Assembly: GCA_036626005.1 (NCBI GenBank)
Contig: JAZKSP010000003.1
Coordinates: forward strand, 1-37,169
Reading direction: 5' to 3'
DNA from: Thermoplasmatota archaeon
Lineage (GTDB): Archaea; Thermoplasmatota; Thermoplasmata; Halarchaeoplasmatales; Halarchaeoplasmataceae
DNA: 37,169 nucleotides
Shown: positions 26,664 to 36,357 of the stretch, piece by piece
Layout of the letters: each line of letters opens with the position of its first letter
Position numbering within the stretch: the first letter of the stretch is position 1
Made by a program: the position numbers and the translations under genes
Notes under the pieces: model-generated
Seen by the model: the letters and a program-made list of their open reading frames with translations, nothing else
The model's database searches: none
Told to the model about the DNA's origin: nothing

Positions 26664-29276
26664 TCAACTCTCACCTTCGACTTTTTCCATGACCTTCTTA
26701 TGAAGATTCTGTAGTCTTTTTTTCTTATCTTCAAGTTTCAATACATCACTCTTACTCTGGATCACCAGGTTGTGAGCGAAGGGTGAAGGAACGTCGGTTT
26801 CCACAACTTCAAAGCTCATATCTCCTTTTCCCAACCTTTCGATTATATCAGAAGCGTTTTCGATGTCCATATAATCTTCGATTATCTCTCTGTAAGTTTC
26901 CTTCACAATCGGAAATTCTTCATCTATGTCCTCACAAGCCGAAAGGAGGAAATGAGATTTCATCTGCTGCTTTCCTACACTCATCTTTTTCCCTTTGTAA
27001 TTTCTCAGTATCATCAGGGCTCTCGCGGCGACATGCCTAAATCTTCTTTTCATCAGTTCAGTCTTTCTTACCGCGCCTTTCAAAGCATCTCTTAGATCGG
27101 AATCGACCGCTCTTTCGATCAATCTATCTACCGGTATTTCTGTCTTCGGACAGATCAGAACGAAACCGTGATCGTCGACCACTATCCCGACATTAGAACC
27201 TAATATATCAGAGGTTATATCCGCAAAGATCCGACATAGAGCGTCGTTGACCTCTCTACCGAAGATGGTGTGAAAGATTAGGTTTATCTTATCTCCTTCA
27301 AAATTTTTTTCCACTAAAAGGTGAGAATCGGTGGGAACTAACCCGACATAACGGTACTGCTCTTCAAGATATGAAACGATGGACGAAATGGTATTTTCAT
27401 CCAAATAATAGTTATCTTTGATCCATTCAGAAGGATCTTCATCATTTTCTATCATTTCCAATAATTTCCTATTGAATCTACCTATCTTCCTTCCAAGATC
27501 ATATGTTAGTGGTAACATCTCGGAAAACCAGGAAGGTACGGTGGGAGCTTTTTCTGGTCTCGCATCGACATAGACTTTCATCCCTCTTGTATATCGGAAC
27601 TCATAGGTATCTCCGCCGTGAACGAAGATATCTCCTTTGGTCAGCCTATCCAAAAATTCTTCGTCCAGAGTTCCAACAAAGCGGTCGTTCCTCGTATGAA
27701 CTCTATATGCGCTCTGATCGGGGATGGTCCCTATATTGGTCATGTATATGACACGGGTCATCTTGCCTCTCCTTCCAAAAACCCGACTCCCGTCATCATC
27801 GGTATCTATCCAGATCTTACCGTAGACATTCTGATCTTCAAGAGATGCGTACTCTCCGGCTACATATTTCAGCGTCTCTTCAAAATCCTCTCTAGGAAGG
27901 TCTCTAAAATTGAAACTCCTTTTGATGGTATCGAATGCCTGATCGATTTTCCATTTCTTGTTGCATGCCATACCGACGATATGTTGAGAAAGAACGTCTA
28001 AACAATTTTCCGGGATCCTGACCCTGTCCAGTTCGCTGTTCTTAGCGCACCTCATCATCTCCGTACATTCCAAAGCGTCGCCTCTGTCCATCACTAGAAC
28101 TCTGCCTTTCGCATACTCGTCCACCTTGTGACCGGAACGACCTATCCTTTGGATAGCTCTAGATACGCCTTTTGGTGATGAAAGCTGTAATACGAGGTCT
28201 ATATAACCTATATCTATTCCCAGTTCAAGAGAAGTAGATGTCACGACCACACTCAATTCTCCCGCTTTCAGTGATTCTTCAACGGCGAGTCTTTTGTCCC
28301 GACTCATCGAAGAGTGATGGGCTCCTATGTCGCCTTCATAGAATTCGGGATCTTTGTTCTTCAGATTATTGACTACTCTCTCCGTAGCGCTGCGCGTGTT
28401 GGTAAATATCAAGGTAGTGACATGGTCTTTGACCAGGCGGTCGATCTTTTCGTACATCTTATCGTTGACTACATCTCCAGAAGTATGTATCAGGTCTTCT
28501 ACCGGGGATAATACCTTGAGATCCATATCTTTAGACGACGAAACGTTCACTATGTTACAAGGTCTAGGTTCATCGTTCTCGTATCCAACGAGGTATCTCG
28601 CGATCTCTTCGATAGGGGCTTGAGTCGCTGAAAGGCCTATCCTTGTCGGGTCATTATTGCACATCTCCTGTAATCTTTCCAATGAAAGTGAAAGATGAGA
28701 CCCTCTTTTATTATCACAGAGCGAGTGTATCTCGTCGACTATCACGTAATTTATATCTTTCAATTTTTTCTTGAACTTTGGAGCGTTCAATATTATTCCA
28801 AGGGTTTCCGGAGTAGTAACAAGTATATGAGGGGTTTTATCCAGCATCTTCTGTCGGTCCTGTGAGGATGTATCCCCCGTCCTTACAGCACTTCTGACCT
28901 CAGGCATTTCGATGTCCATATCTTCCGCCATCTTTTTTATCCCATCTAAAGGGGCTTTCAAGTTCCGCTGGATATCATTACCTAACGCTCTCAAAGGAGA
29001 TACGTAAAGACAATAGACCCTGTTCTCCAGTTCTCCTTTATCGCCCTGCAAAAACAGCTCATTCAGGATAGAAAGGAATGCGGAAAGTGTCTTGCCAGAA
29101 CCCGTAGGAGAACAGATCAAAGAATTTTTTTCTTCGTGGATGAGATCGAAAGAGTATTTCTGTGGAGGTGTCAATTCATCGAACTTCTCGTTGAACCACT
29201 TTTTAACGTAAGGTTCGAAATCATACGGTAGTGTTTCGGAAGTTTCCGATTCGTCTAACTGTTTTATGGACATCAT
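26664..29276 (-). CDS. lhr: ATP-dependent SF2 helicase Lhr (Lhr-core)
   Basis: SPTGSGKT, SPLRAL, TTPE, DEIH, LSAT, FTNTR, SLELGIDIG, QRIGRSGH, IGTIP, PSWFSE, FRHVA, PSPFA. Confidence 0.96.
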   Translation of the reverse strand: MMSIKQLDESETSETLPYDFEPYVKKWFNEKFDELTPPQKYSFDLIHEEKNSLICSPTGSGKTLSAFLSILNELFLQGDKGELENRVYCLYVSPLRALGNDIQRNLKAPLDGIKKMAEDMDIEMPEVRSAVRTGDTSSQDRQKMLDKTPHILVTTPETLGIILNAPKFKKKLKDINYVIVDEIHSLCDNKRGSHLSLSLERLQEMCNNDPTRIGLSATQAPIEEIARYLVGYENDEPRPCNIVNVSSSKDMDLKVLSPVEDLIHTSGDVVNDKMYEKIDRLVKDHVTTLIFTNTRSATERVVNNLKNKDPEFYEGDIGAHHSSMSRDKRLAVEESLKAGELSVVVTSTSLELGIDIGYIDLVLQLSSPKGVSRAIQRIGRSGHKVDEYAKGRVLVMDRGDALECTEMMRCAKNSELDRVRIPENCLDVLSQHIVGMACNKKWKIDQAFDTIKRSFNFRDLPREDFEETLKYVAGEYASLEDQNVYGKIWIDTDDDGSRVFGRRGKMTRVIYMTNIGTIPDQSAYRVHTRNDRFVGTLDEEFLDRLTKGDIFVHGGDTYEFRYTRGMKVYVDARPEKAPTVPSWFSEMLPLTYDLGRKIGRFNRKLLEMIENDEDPSEWIKDNYYLDENTISSIVSYLEEQYRYVGLVPTDSHLLVEKNFEGDKINLIFHTIFGREVNDALCRIFADITSDILGSNVGIVVDDHGFVLICPKTEIPVDRLIERAVDSDLRDALKGAVRKTELMKRRFRHVAARALMILRNYKGKKMSVGKQQMKSHFLLSACEDIDEEFPIVKETYREIIEDYMDIENASDIIERLGKGDMSFEVVETDVPSPFAHNLVIQSKSDVLKLEDKKKRLQNLHKKVMEKVEGES

Positions 29277-29437
29277 AAGCACGTAATATTACTACAATTT
29301 GAGTTTTGTCATCGGATACAAGAAAGTTTCGATACTCCATCTTAGTCTTTACTCAAGACCTTTCTACTTCAATATAAGGCAAGAATTAATATATCTTCCA
29401 CTGCTATATCTCTCTATCAAAGCATAGGTAATAACAT

Positions 29438-29740
29438 ATGGATACTAAAAAGAAGGTGTTCATCGCTACACTGGTTTTATCTATCATTTTTCTTTCGCTA
29501 TTGATCATTTATTTCGGTGGTTATTATCCTTACTCCGGGGGGAGAGATAATTCTATAAGACCGAGAGATTATTGGTGGCTCTTCGCAGTTCTGCCCGTTA
29601 TAATCATCATTTTATTCGATAAGACTTTTTGGAGAGAAGAAGATATCAGGAAGGTACCATCCGAAGGAAGGCTGATCGAACTGCAGACAGAATTAGACCA
29701 GGAAGAGCCCAGGGAAACAGAAGATGAATACAAATTGTGA
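29438..29740 (+). CDS. small hypothetical membrane protein (2 TM, acidic tail)
   Basis: Two hydrophobic segments and an acidic C-terminus; TATA-like TTAATATA upstream. Confidence 0.7.
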   Translation: MDTKKKVFIATLVLSIIFLSLLIIYFGGYYPYSGGRDNSIRPRDYWWLFAVLPVIIIILFDKTFWREEDIRKVPSEGRLIELQTELDQEEPRETEDEYKL

Positions 29741-29834
29741 GCCAAGTAGAGGATTTCTTGCCTTGAAGCCTAGAGGCTCTCATGCCGGGTAAAATTTATA
29801 GTGTTCGAAATCGAATGAAATATTGGGTTGAAAG

Positions 29835-30047
29835 GTGCATCCGAATATAGTGAAAATTTACATCGTAAGTGGGATCATCTTAGCTATAATCTGGATATTA
29901 TCTCTTCTGAACATTCTTCAAATGGGTTTCGTAGGATATTTCTTACTTATACTATTCACTGTATTGTTTATAATATCGGTCCTCTCTAAACCACCTAGTT
30001 CAGGTTATCAATCTGAAGAAGAAAGGGAGATCTATCCTTTCGGTTGA
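29835..30047 (+). CDS. small hypothetical membrane protein (2 TM)
   Basis: Two hydrophobic segments and a short acidic tail; upstream AAAATTTATA. Confidence 0.65.
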   Translation: MHPNIVKIYIVSGIILAIIWILSLLNILQMGFVGYFLLILFTVLFIISVLSKPPSSGYQSEEEREIYPFG

Positions 30048-30126
30048 CAGTTTATTATAGAAAAATTAAATTTCGACCGATAAGATACGACAATTTTATT
30101 ATACCTTGTTATTTTACTTCTAGAGC

Positions 30127-30876
30127 ATGAAAAAACACAAGTTTCTCAAACCCGAGTATAGCTCAAAGGTTATAGGAGCAATATTTATCTTAATATCTAT
30201 ATATCTGTTTTTGAGGACAGATCATAGGAACGCTGGTTTAGCAGCGGCTTTTATCGGGATATTCACTCTACTCATCGTCCATTATCCTACCGTCGAAGAA
30301 GATGTAGCAGTGGCGGAATTAAAGAGCGCCGTCCTTTCATATGACGGCCTTCTCCAAGACCTAGAAGTATCGGAAAATGGGGTTATCTTACCTCCAGGTG
30401 ATAATCTCACTAAAGCAAGAGTTTATGTTCCTGCCGGAAAATTCGAAGGCGTACCTGATATTTACGACGAGATGGCTATAGTTTCCTCCGATAGAGGGAG
30501 AACTGGTGTTGCTCTAGTACCTCCAGGGCAACCATTACTTGAAGAAGCTAAGAATAGAATTAAATATGAAATAGAGGGAGAAGGTATCCAAAGTGGAAGA
30601 GAATGTATGGGACATTTGAGTAAGGGGATGGGGCTAGCAAAGTCATTCAGTTTTAGGGAGAAAGAGGATAAAATCAGAATTAGGATTACCCTAGATAGAT
30701 ATGACGATTACTGCGAAAATCTGAGAGAGAGTTCACCAAATATCTGTACCAGAACAGGATGTCCAATTTGCAGCGCCTACTTAACGAGTGCTTCTGAAGC
30801 GTTATCTTCACCTCTCAAAATAGAAAATTTTGAAAAAGAGAATAATCACATCAAATACAGATTGGAGGAAGTTTGA
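30127..30876 (+). CDS. hypothetical membrane-anchored protein with C-terminal Cys-rich (V4R-like) domain
   Basis: Two N-terminal TMs, then a soluble domain ending C..x9..CTRTGCPICSA. Confidence 0.75.
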   Translation: MKKHKFLKPEYSSKVIGAIFILISIYLFLRTDHRNAGLAAAFIGIFTLLIVHYPTVEEDVAVAELKSAVLSYDGLLQDLEVSENGVILPPGDNLTKARVYVPAGKFEGVPDIYDEMAIVSSDRGRTGVALVPPGQPLLEEAKNRIKYEIEGEGIQSGRECMGHLSKGMGLAKSFSFREKEDKIRIRITLDRYDDYCENLRESSPNICTRTGCPICSAYLTSASEALSSPLKIENFEKENNHIKYRLEEV

Positions 30877-31127
30877 TGGATATATCCCAGAAATTGGCTA
30901 TATCGATGGCGATCTGGACAGTTTTGATATTAACTTTGATCGGTGGACAAAATACAGAACTATTCGTGATAATGATACTGATCGGCCTTCTGATAGCAAG
31001 AGAACTTTCTAGTGTTTATATCAGACCATCCATAGCTGACCGTCTAGATGCATTCATCCAGGTAGGTATCATAGTCTTTATCGGGGTAGTGATAAGAAGG
31101 ATCCTATCCATATTAGAGATACTTTAA
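30876..31127 (+). CDS. small hypothetical membrane protein (3 TM), translationally coupled to the upstream gene
   Basis: TGATG stop/start overlap; ELFVIMILIGLLIARELS pattern. Confidence 0.75.
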   Translation: MDISQKLAISMAIWTVLILTLIGGQNTELFVIMILIGLLIARELSSVYIRPSIADRLDAFIQVGIIVFIGVVIRRILSILEIL

Positions 31128-32131
31128 AGGATCTCTTCTAGAATCTCTAAGAGATGGTCATTAGTTTTTCTATCAGCTACGGTTATTCTGACATGATCTT
31201 TCAGTCTTGGTTCTTCAAATATTCTTATCCTGATGCCACGATCTAGAAGCTCCTTATGTAACTTAGAGATTTCTATGAAAGCGGGTTTTTTGCAGAGCAA
31301 AAAGTTGGTGTCAGAAGGAAACGGATTAAAACCTATATCTTCTAACTTTTTAGAAAGTCTCTCCCTCTCTTTTATTGTCTTATTTATCGATTCTTGTACT
31401 TGTGATTTTTTATCTAACGCAGTTAGAGCAACCTTTGAGGACATGCTGTTGACATTGAAGGGGAGCATATTTTCAAGATATTCTATCCCTCTCTCTGCCG
31501 GCATCAATGCGTAACCCACTCTGATGCCCGCGAGACCCCAAGCTTTAGAAAAAGTCCTTACTATGATCAAATTATCGTATTCTTCTAAGAGGGAGAGGTT
31601 ATCTTCGTTCGAATATTCTGCATACGCCTCGTCTATCACCACTAATTCAGCCTCGTCTAATATTGATCGGATTTTTTTCTGATCTACTGCTAATCCCGAG
31701 GGATTGTTAGGGGAACAAATAAAAACCGCATCAACTTCGTTTAAATAATCTTTTTTCGTAGGTAAAGTGAAATCTGGATTTAAAGGGATCTCAAGAGCTT
31801 TTCTATCGTTTCGAGAAGCCAAGAATGAATACATCTCATAAGAAGGATGAAAATAACCCAATGTACCATATTTGGGAATAAAAGTTTTGCATATCGTGTC
31901 CAAAACAGCGTCAGACCCATTGTCTACGACTACCTGTTCAGGATTAAGTTCATAAAAACGAGCGAGTCTTTTTTTCAATTCCTTAGATGTGGGAGACGGA
32001 TATATTCCCAGGTCAAAATCGATCTCATCTTTGATATCTTTGTAATAGTGGTCAGGGAGCAGTAAATTCTCGTTCGAATCTAGAGGATTTTCTGAGCCTC
32101 TTTCAGGATAAGATATACTCATAGAGGTCAC
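31124..32131 (-). CDS. hisC: histidinol-phosphate aminotransferase-like PLP enzyme (class I/II)
   Basis: LDSNEN, NGSD, PSYEMY, ICSPNNPSG, DEAYAEY, RTFSKAWGLAGIRVGY, TNFLL, VRITV. Confidence 0.85.
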   Translation of the reverse strand: MTSMSISYPERGSENPLDSNENLLLPDHYYKDIKDEIDFDLGIYPSPTSKELKKRLARFYELNPEQVVVDNGSDAVLDTICKTFIPKYGTLGYFHPSYEMYSFLASRNDRKALEIPLNPDFTLPTKKDYLNEVDAVFICSPNNPSGLAVDQKKIRSILDEAELVVIDEAYAEYSNEDNLSLLEEYDNLIIVRTFSKAWGLAGIRVGYALMPAERGIEYLENMLPFNVNSMSSKVALTALDKKSQVQESINKTIKERERLSKKLEDIGFNPFPSDTNFLLCKKPAFIEISKLHKELLDRGIRIRIFEEPRLKDHVRITVADRKTNDHLLEILEEIL

Positions 32132-32213
32132 ATGATAATATTGAATATAGTTTTAATAAAATTAACGTCTAAAAGAAGAGGGAAAGGGTTTCCTTTTACT
32201 CGCTAGTTGTACT

Positions 32214-33806
32214 TCACCTTTTCTTCTTTTGATAGATCGCTAAGGCTGTTATCACTGCCAATAGCAGGGTCATCGTTTTGAATCCTGGAACCCCTCCGTC
32301 AGCACTTCCCTCATCAACCCCCTCCATAGGATCCACCGGATACACATGTTTGACCTGTTCTTCTCTGCTTAACTCCTGCAAGATGGGATAGCCATCCTCA
32401 TCAGCATCTTCATCATCCTCTTCAACAGCCTCCCAAATCTCATTGAAATCAAACCCATCCATATTTTTTGAGGCGTTTTCTCCTATCATCTCGCGGGTGT
32501 TTAGGCCTGTTCCGCCGTTGCTTTTGGCTTGACCAGAAGTTTCAACATCCCAGAAAGAGTCGGAAACAGTGCCAATGTTCCTTCCTACGAGTCCGCCTAC
32601 ATCCCGATCGCCACTCACACTTCCGACAGCATAAGATTTAGATACTGTAGCATCGTTATTTCCAACAAGCCCGCCTACATTCCGATCGCCGCTCACATTG
32701 CCAATAGCATATGAGTTGTTCACCATGCTAACATATAAGAAGTTGCTCCCAACAAGTCCACCTACATCTTTACCTCCACTCACAGTACCAGTTGCATAGG
32801 AGCTGAAGACCATGCTTTTATCGTTTCTTCCTACAAGCCCACCTACCGTGTGATCCTTTCCAATCACGTGACAGATAGCATATGAGTTCTCAACCGTGCT
32901 AAAATCATAGTTTACCCCTACGAGTCCGCCTACATCTTCGTCTCCACTAACGTTCCCGGCGGCGTATGAATTCGATACCATTGAACCATAATTATATCCA
33001 ACGAGTCCTCCCACGTGTTCATCTCCACTCACATCTCCGGTAAAGTACGAGTTCCTAATTGGGCCAGAAGTACTCCCCGCGAGCCCTCCTAGACTTCCGT
33101 TACCGGTCACGTTTCCAGAAGCGTCTGAGTTCTCAACTGTGCCAGAGTTTTCTCCCATGAGCCCACCTACATGTCCCAATGCACTCACATATCCTTTGGT
33201 GTACGAATTTGAAACCAACTCATGGTTTTCTCCTATGAGTATTCCTGCATCGTGATTAGCGTTCACATCTCCTGTGACGTACGAGTTTTCAACTGTGCCA
33301 TGACTCATCCCGACGACGCCTCCCACATACCCGTCACCACTAATATTCACGTCAACCAATCCGATGTTCTTGACAACTGCATCATCAGTACCCCCAAGCA
33401 ATCCAACATCATCCGTATCAGGTCGGTCGATGTACAGGTTGCTCACAGTATGATTCCGACCATCGAGACTGCCAATGAATTCAACATCTTTTTCCTCATC
33501 ATATTTACCTACAGGCTCGAAACCTTTTCCATTGTTCCAACCACTCGTCCCACTCGCATTTATATCGTTCGCAAGTGCATAGTGCGCACTCAGATTTTGA
33601 TTCATAGCTTGAAGTTGCGTAATATTCTCTATCAAGTACGGATCTTCAGGTGTACCGCTCCCTCCGACAAAGGAAACGTATTCGATTTTAGTTTTTTTCA
33701 CATTTTCATTTTTACCTGTCGCCTTGCCTCCGACCGCTGCCAGCATCACGCTGAGAAGCAGAGAGAGGACGATCGTAGATACCAATATTTTCTTTTTCAT
33801 ACTCAT
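32214..33806 (-). CDS. secreted GLUG-repeat cell-surface protein with PGF-CTERM-like sorting signal
   Basis: Signal peptide MKKK plus hydrophobic stretch; GGSGTPEDPY, GFEPVG, FIGSLDG; about 10 VGGLVG repeats; C-terminal VPGF-TM-KKKR. Confidence 0.9.
   Translation of the reverse strand: MSMKKKILVSTIVLSLLLSVMLAAVGGKATGKNENVKKTKIEYVSFVGGSGTPEDPYLIENITQLQAMNQNLSAHYALANDINASGTSGWNNGKGFEPVGKYDEEKDVEFIGSLDGRNHTVSNLYIDRPDTDDVGLLGGTDDAVVKNIGLVDVNISGDGYVGGVVGMSHGTVENSYVTGDVNANHDAGILIGENHELVSNSYTKGYVSALGHVGGLMGENSGTVENSDASGNVTGNGSLGGLAGSTSGPIRNSYFTGDVSGDEHVGGLVGYNYGSMVSNSYAAGNVSGDEDVGGLVGVNYDFSTVENSYAICHVIGKDHTVGGLVGRNDKSMVFSSYATGTVSGGKDVGGLVGSNFLYVSMVNNSYAIGNVSGDRNVGGLVGNNDATVSKSYAVGSVSGDRDVGGLVGRNIGTVSDSFWDVETSGQAKSNGGTGLNTREMIGENASKNMDGFDFNEIWEAVEEDDEDADEDGYPILQELSREEQVKHVYPVDPMEGVDEGSADGGVPGFKTMTLLLAVITALAIYQKKKR
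32548..33350 (-). repeat. about 10 tandem GLUG repeats (26-29 aa each)
   Basis: Units such as GNVSGDEDVGGLVGVN...VENSYA recur in tandem. Confidence 0.85.
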
Positions 33807-34018
33807 GTTAGAGCCCTCGTTTTATTAGCTACATTATCACATCCTCGCTATAAATATCTTAGGAAAATTATTTTATATTTATATATTTATATCCTTCATT
33901 GTCTTCTTCGACATTCTATAAAATTACTTACATTACTTTGAAGGAAATATGTTATGAACGGCTCTATTAACCCACTACTCATTCAAAAATAATATAGAAA
34001 AGCTAGGAAAAGTTTTTC

Positions 34019-36208
34019 TCAGTGATAGGCCCTCGGTCTTTCGCCTATATCACTGGTCTCTTCACTTTCTTCTATCTTTTTCTTGACTCTTTGGTAGGCT
34101 TTGTCAAAGTGCTCCTGTTTTATCTTGCTCTTTTCTATGTCTTCTTCGTCTTTTCCCTTTCCGCTTTGAACAACCTCGCGGATAGAGAGCATCACAGCTT
34201 CATTACATATGGAGGCTATATCCGCTCCACTCATATCTTTAGTCTTCTTGGCCAATTCATCGAAATCGACTTCACTGTCTACAGGTCTATCTCTAGTGTG
34301 GATTTTGAATATCTCTTTTCTGGTTTCTTGGTCGGGGAGATCCACCTTGATATTCCTGTCAAATCTACCCGGCCTCAAAAGTGCTGGATCGATCAATTCT
34401 GGTCTATTCGTCGCTCCGATAACTATAACGTCGTGCAGGGCTTCGAGACCATCCAACTCGGTCAACAGTTGAGATATTACCCTCTCCGAGACGTTGGAAT
34501 CGGAGCTGGAACCTCTTTCTGGAGCCAATGCATCTATCTCGTCGAAGAACACTATGGTAGGTGCTGCCTGTCTGGCTTTCCTGAAAGTTTCTCTGACGGC
34601 TTTTTCGCTTTCGCCTACCCATTTTGAGAAGAATTCAGGACCTTTAACTGATATGAAGTTAGCTTCACTCTCGTTAGCCACTGCCTTTGCGATCAGTGTT
34701 TTACCTGTTCCCGGAGGCCCTCTTAAAAGGATACCTTTAGGAACTTCAGCTTCCATATGATCGAACAGGTCCTCATACTGTAAGGGCCATTCCACAGCCT
34801 CTCTCAACTCTTGTTTTGCTTCTTCTAATCCGCCAACATCCTCCCAAGTAACATCTGGGGTCTCTATAACCACTTCCCTCATCGCCGAGGGTTCCATCTC
34901 TCGGAGAGCCTGATTTATATGCTTATTTTTGACTTTTAGATCTTCTAGCACCTCGGAGGGTATCTGCTCCGCCTCTAAATCTATATCGGGCAGTACGTCT
35001 CTAAGAGCATTCATCGCTGACTCCTTAGCAAGAGCTTCAATATCGGCACCGACGAAACCATGAGTATGTGTTGCTAGGTCTTCAAGATCAACATCTTCCG
35101 CTAAAGGCATACCTCTAGTATGTATCTCGAGGATCTCTTTTCTACCTTCACGGTCGGGCATGCCTATCTCTATCTCTCTATCAAATCTACCAGGCCTTCT
35201 CAATGCCGGATCTAAAGCATGCGCTCTATTCGTAGCTCCAATCACTATCACTTTTCCTCTCGCTTGTAGACCGTCCATCAGAGATAGAAGTTGAGCAACC
35301 ACTCTCCTTTCAGTCTCACCGGAAACTTCATCCCTTTTTGGCGCGATAGAGTCTAACTCGTCGATGAATATGATAGATGGTTGGTTTTCCTCTGCCTCTT
35401 CAAATATCTCTCTCAATTTCCCCTCACTTTCTCCATAATACTTCGACATAATCTCAGGACCACTTATGGTAAAGAAGTTAGCGTCTGTTTCACTAGCGAC
35501 GGCTTTAGCCATCAAAGTTTTACCCGTTCCGGGAGGTCCTTGGAGAAGCACGCCTTTAGGAGCTTCGACACCCACCTTGTCGAAAAGTTCTGGATGTCTC
35601 AAAGGCAGCTCTACCATCTCTCTTACTCTCTCGACCTCTTCTTCTAGACCTCCGATATCTTCGTAAGAAACTCTCGGGGCTTTAGCGACCTCTTCTTTGC
35701 TGATCGGTTTTTCAGAGATAGTTACATTAGTGGTGTCAGGTTTTATAATAACGGCTTTTTTAGAGGGAGAAAAAGATTTGACGACTAACTCAATCTTGTT
35801 ACCCATGATATTTAGTGTGATAGTATCTCCTTTAGTTATCGGTCTATCTCTTAAAGCCTGTTTTCTCAGATATTCCTCCCCACCCATCAATCTTACAGGT
35901 TGTGTAGGAGCAAAAGTGACCTTTTTTGCCGGAACTGTTTCTACTTTCTCGATACCGACTTTTTCATCTATCTTTACTCCAGCATTCCTCCTTGTAGGAC
36001 CGTCTATCCTGATAACCCCCGTATTTCTATCACTTTCATCTCCAGCCCATACTTTCGCAGCGGTTAAATCATCCCCATGGATAAGAATAATATCTCCACT
36101 CTTAAGACCTAATTTTTCTTTAACCTCAGGATCTATCCTAGCTAGTCCTCTTCCTACATCACTTGATTTAGCCTCAGCGACCTTTAACACTTTTTCGTTT
36201 CCCTTCAT
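34019..36208 (-). CDS. cdc48: CDC48/VAT family AAA+ ATPase
   Basis: N-domain ([10 protein letters not shown]), two GPPGTGKT Walker A motifs, IIFIDELD / IVFFDEID Walker [12 protein letters not shown]; SD GGTGAG before ATG 36208. Confidence 0.97.
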   Translation of the reverse strand: MKGNEKVLKVAEAKSSDVGRGLARIDPEVKEKLGLKSGDIILIHGDDLTAAKVWAGDESDRNTGVIRIDGPTRRNAGVKIDEKVGIEKVETVPAKKVTFAPTQPVRLMGGEEYLRKQALRDRPITKGDTITLNIMGNKIELVVKSFSPSKKAVIIKPDTTNVTISEKPISKEEVAKAPRVSYEDIGGLEEEVERVREMVELPLRHPELFDKVGVEAPKGVLLQGPPGTGKTLMAKAVASETDANFFTISGPEIMSKYYGESEGKLREIFEEAEENQPSIIFIDELDSIAPKRDEVSGETERRVVAQLLSLMDGLQARGKVIVIGATNRAHALDPALRRPGRFDREIEIGMPDREGRKEILEIHTRGMPLAEDVDLEDLATHTHGFVGADIEALAKESAMNALRDVLPDIDLEAEQIPSEVLEDLKVKNKHINQALREMEPSAMREVVIETPDVTWEDVGGLEEAKQELREAVEWPLQYEDLFDHMEAEVPKGILLRGPPGTGKTLIAKAVANESEANFISVKGPEFFSKWVGESEKAVRETFRKARQAAPTIVFFDEIDALAPERGSSSDSNVSERVISQLLTELDGLEALHDVIVIGATNRPELIDPALLRPGRFDRNIKVDLPDQETRKEIFKIHTRDRPVDSEVDFDELAKKTKDMSGADIASICNEAVMLSIREVVQSGKGKDEEDIEKSKIKQEHFDKAYQRVKKKIEESEETSDIGERPRAYH

Positions 36209-36275
36209 ATTTCTCACCAATAAACTATACAAAGTTATGTTGTTATATTCTCGTTGTAAAGATATGTTTTTGATG

Positions 36276-36290
36276 TATTTAAAGCTTTTG
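36276..36290 (-). promoter_or_regulatory. BRE/TATA box of cdc48
   Basis: CAAAAGCTTTAAATA on the minus strand, nearly identical to the rpl1 promoter. Confidence 0.6.
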
Positions 36291-36357
36291 ATGAGGTTAT
36301 CAGGTGAAGGTTGGTAATCAAAAAAACTATACTCTTATTGACCTATTATCCAGATGC

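Noticed and set aside
24045-29276. HD hydrolase plus SF2 helicase plus nucleases as a Cas3-like or anti-phage system
   Set aside because: The HD protein is HDDC2/YfbR-like, the helicase is housekeeping Lhr, they lie on opposite strands, and there is no defence-island context
32548-33350. Regularly spaced similar DNA units as a CRISPR array
   Set aside because: Degenerate, in-frame coding repeats (GLUG) with no invariant repeat/unique spacer structure and no cas genes
33860-33895. TATATTTA short tandem repeat and other small AT palindromes in intergenic DNA (e.g. 691-700, 15923-15936, 29283-29292)
   Set aside because: Expected by chance in AT-rich promoter regions
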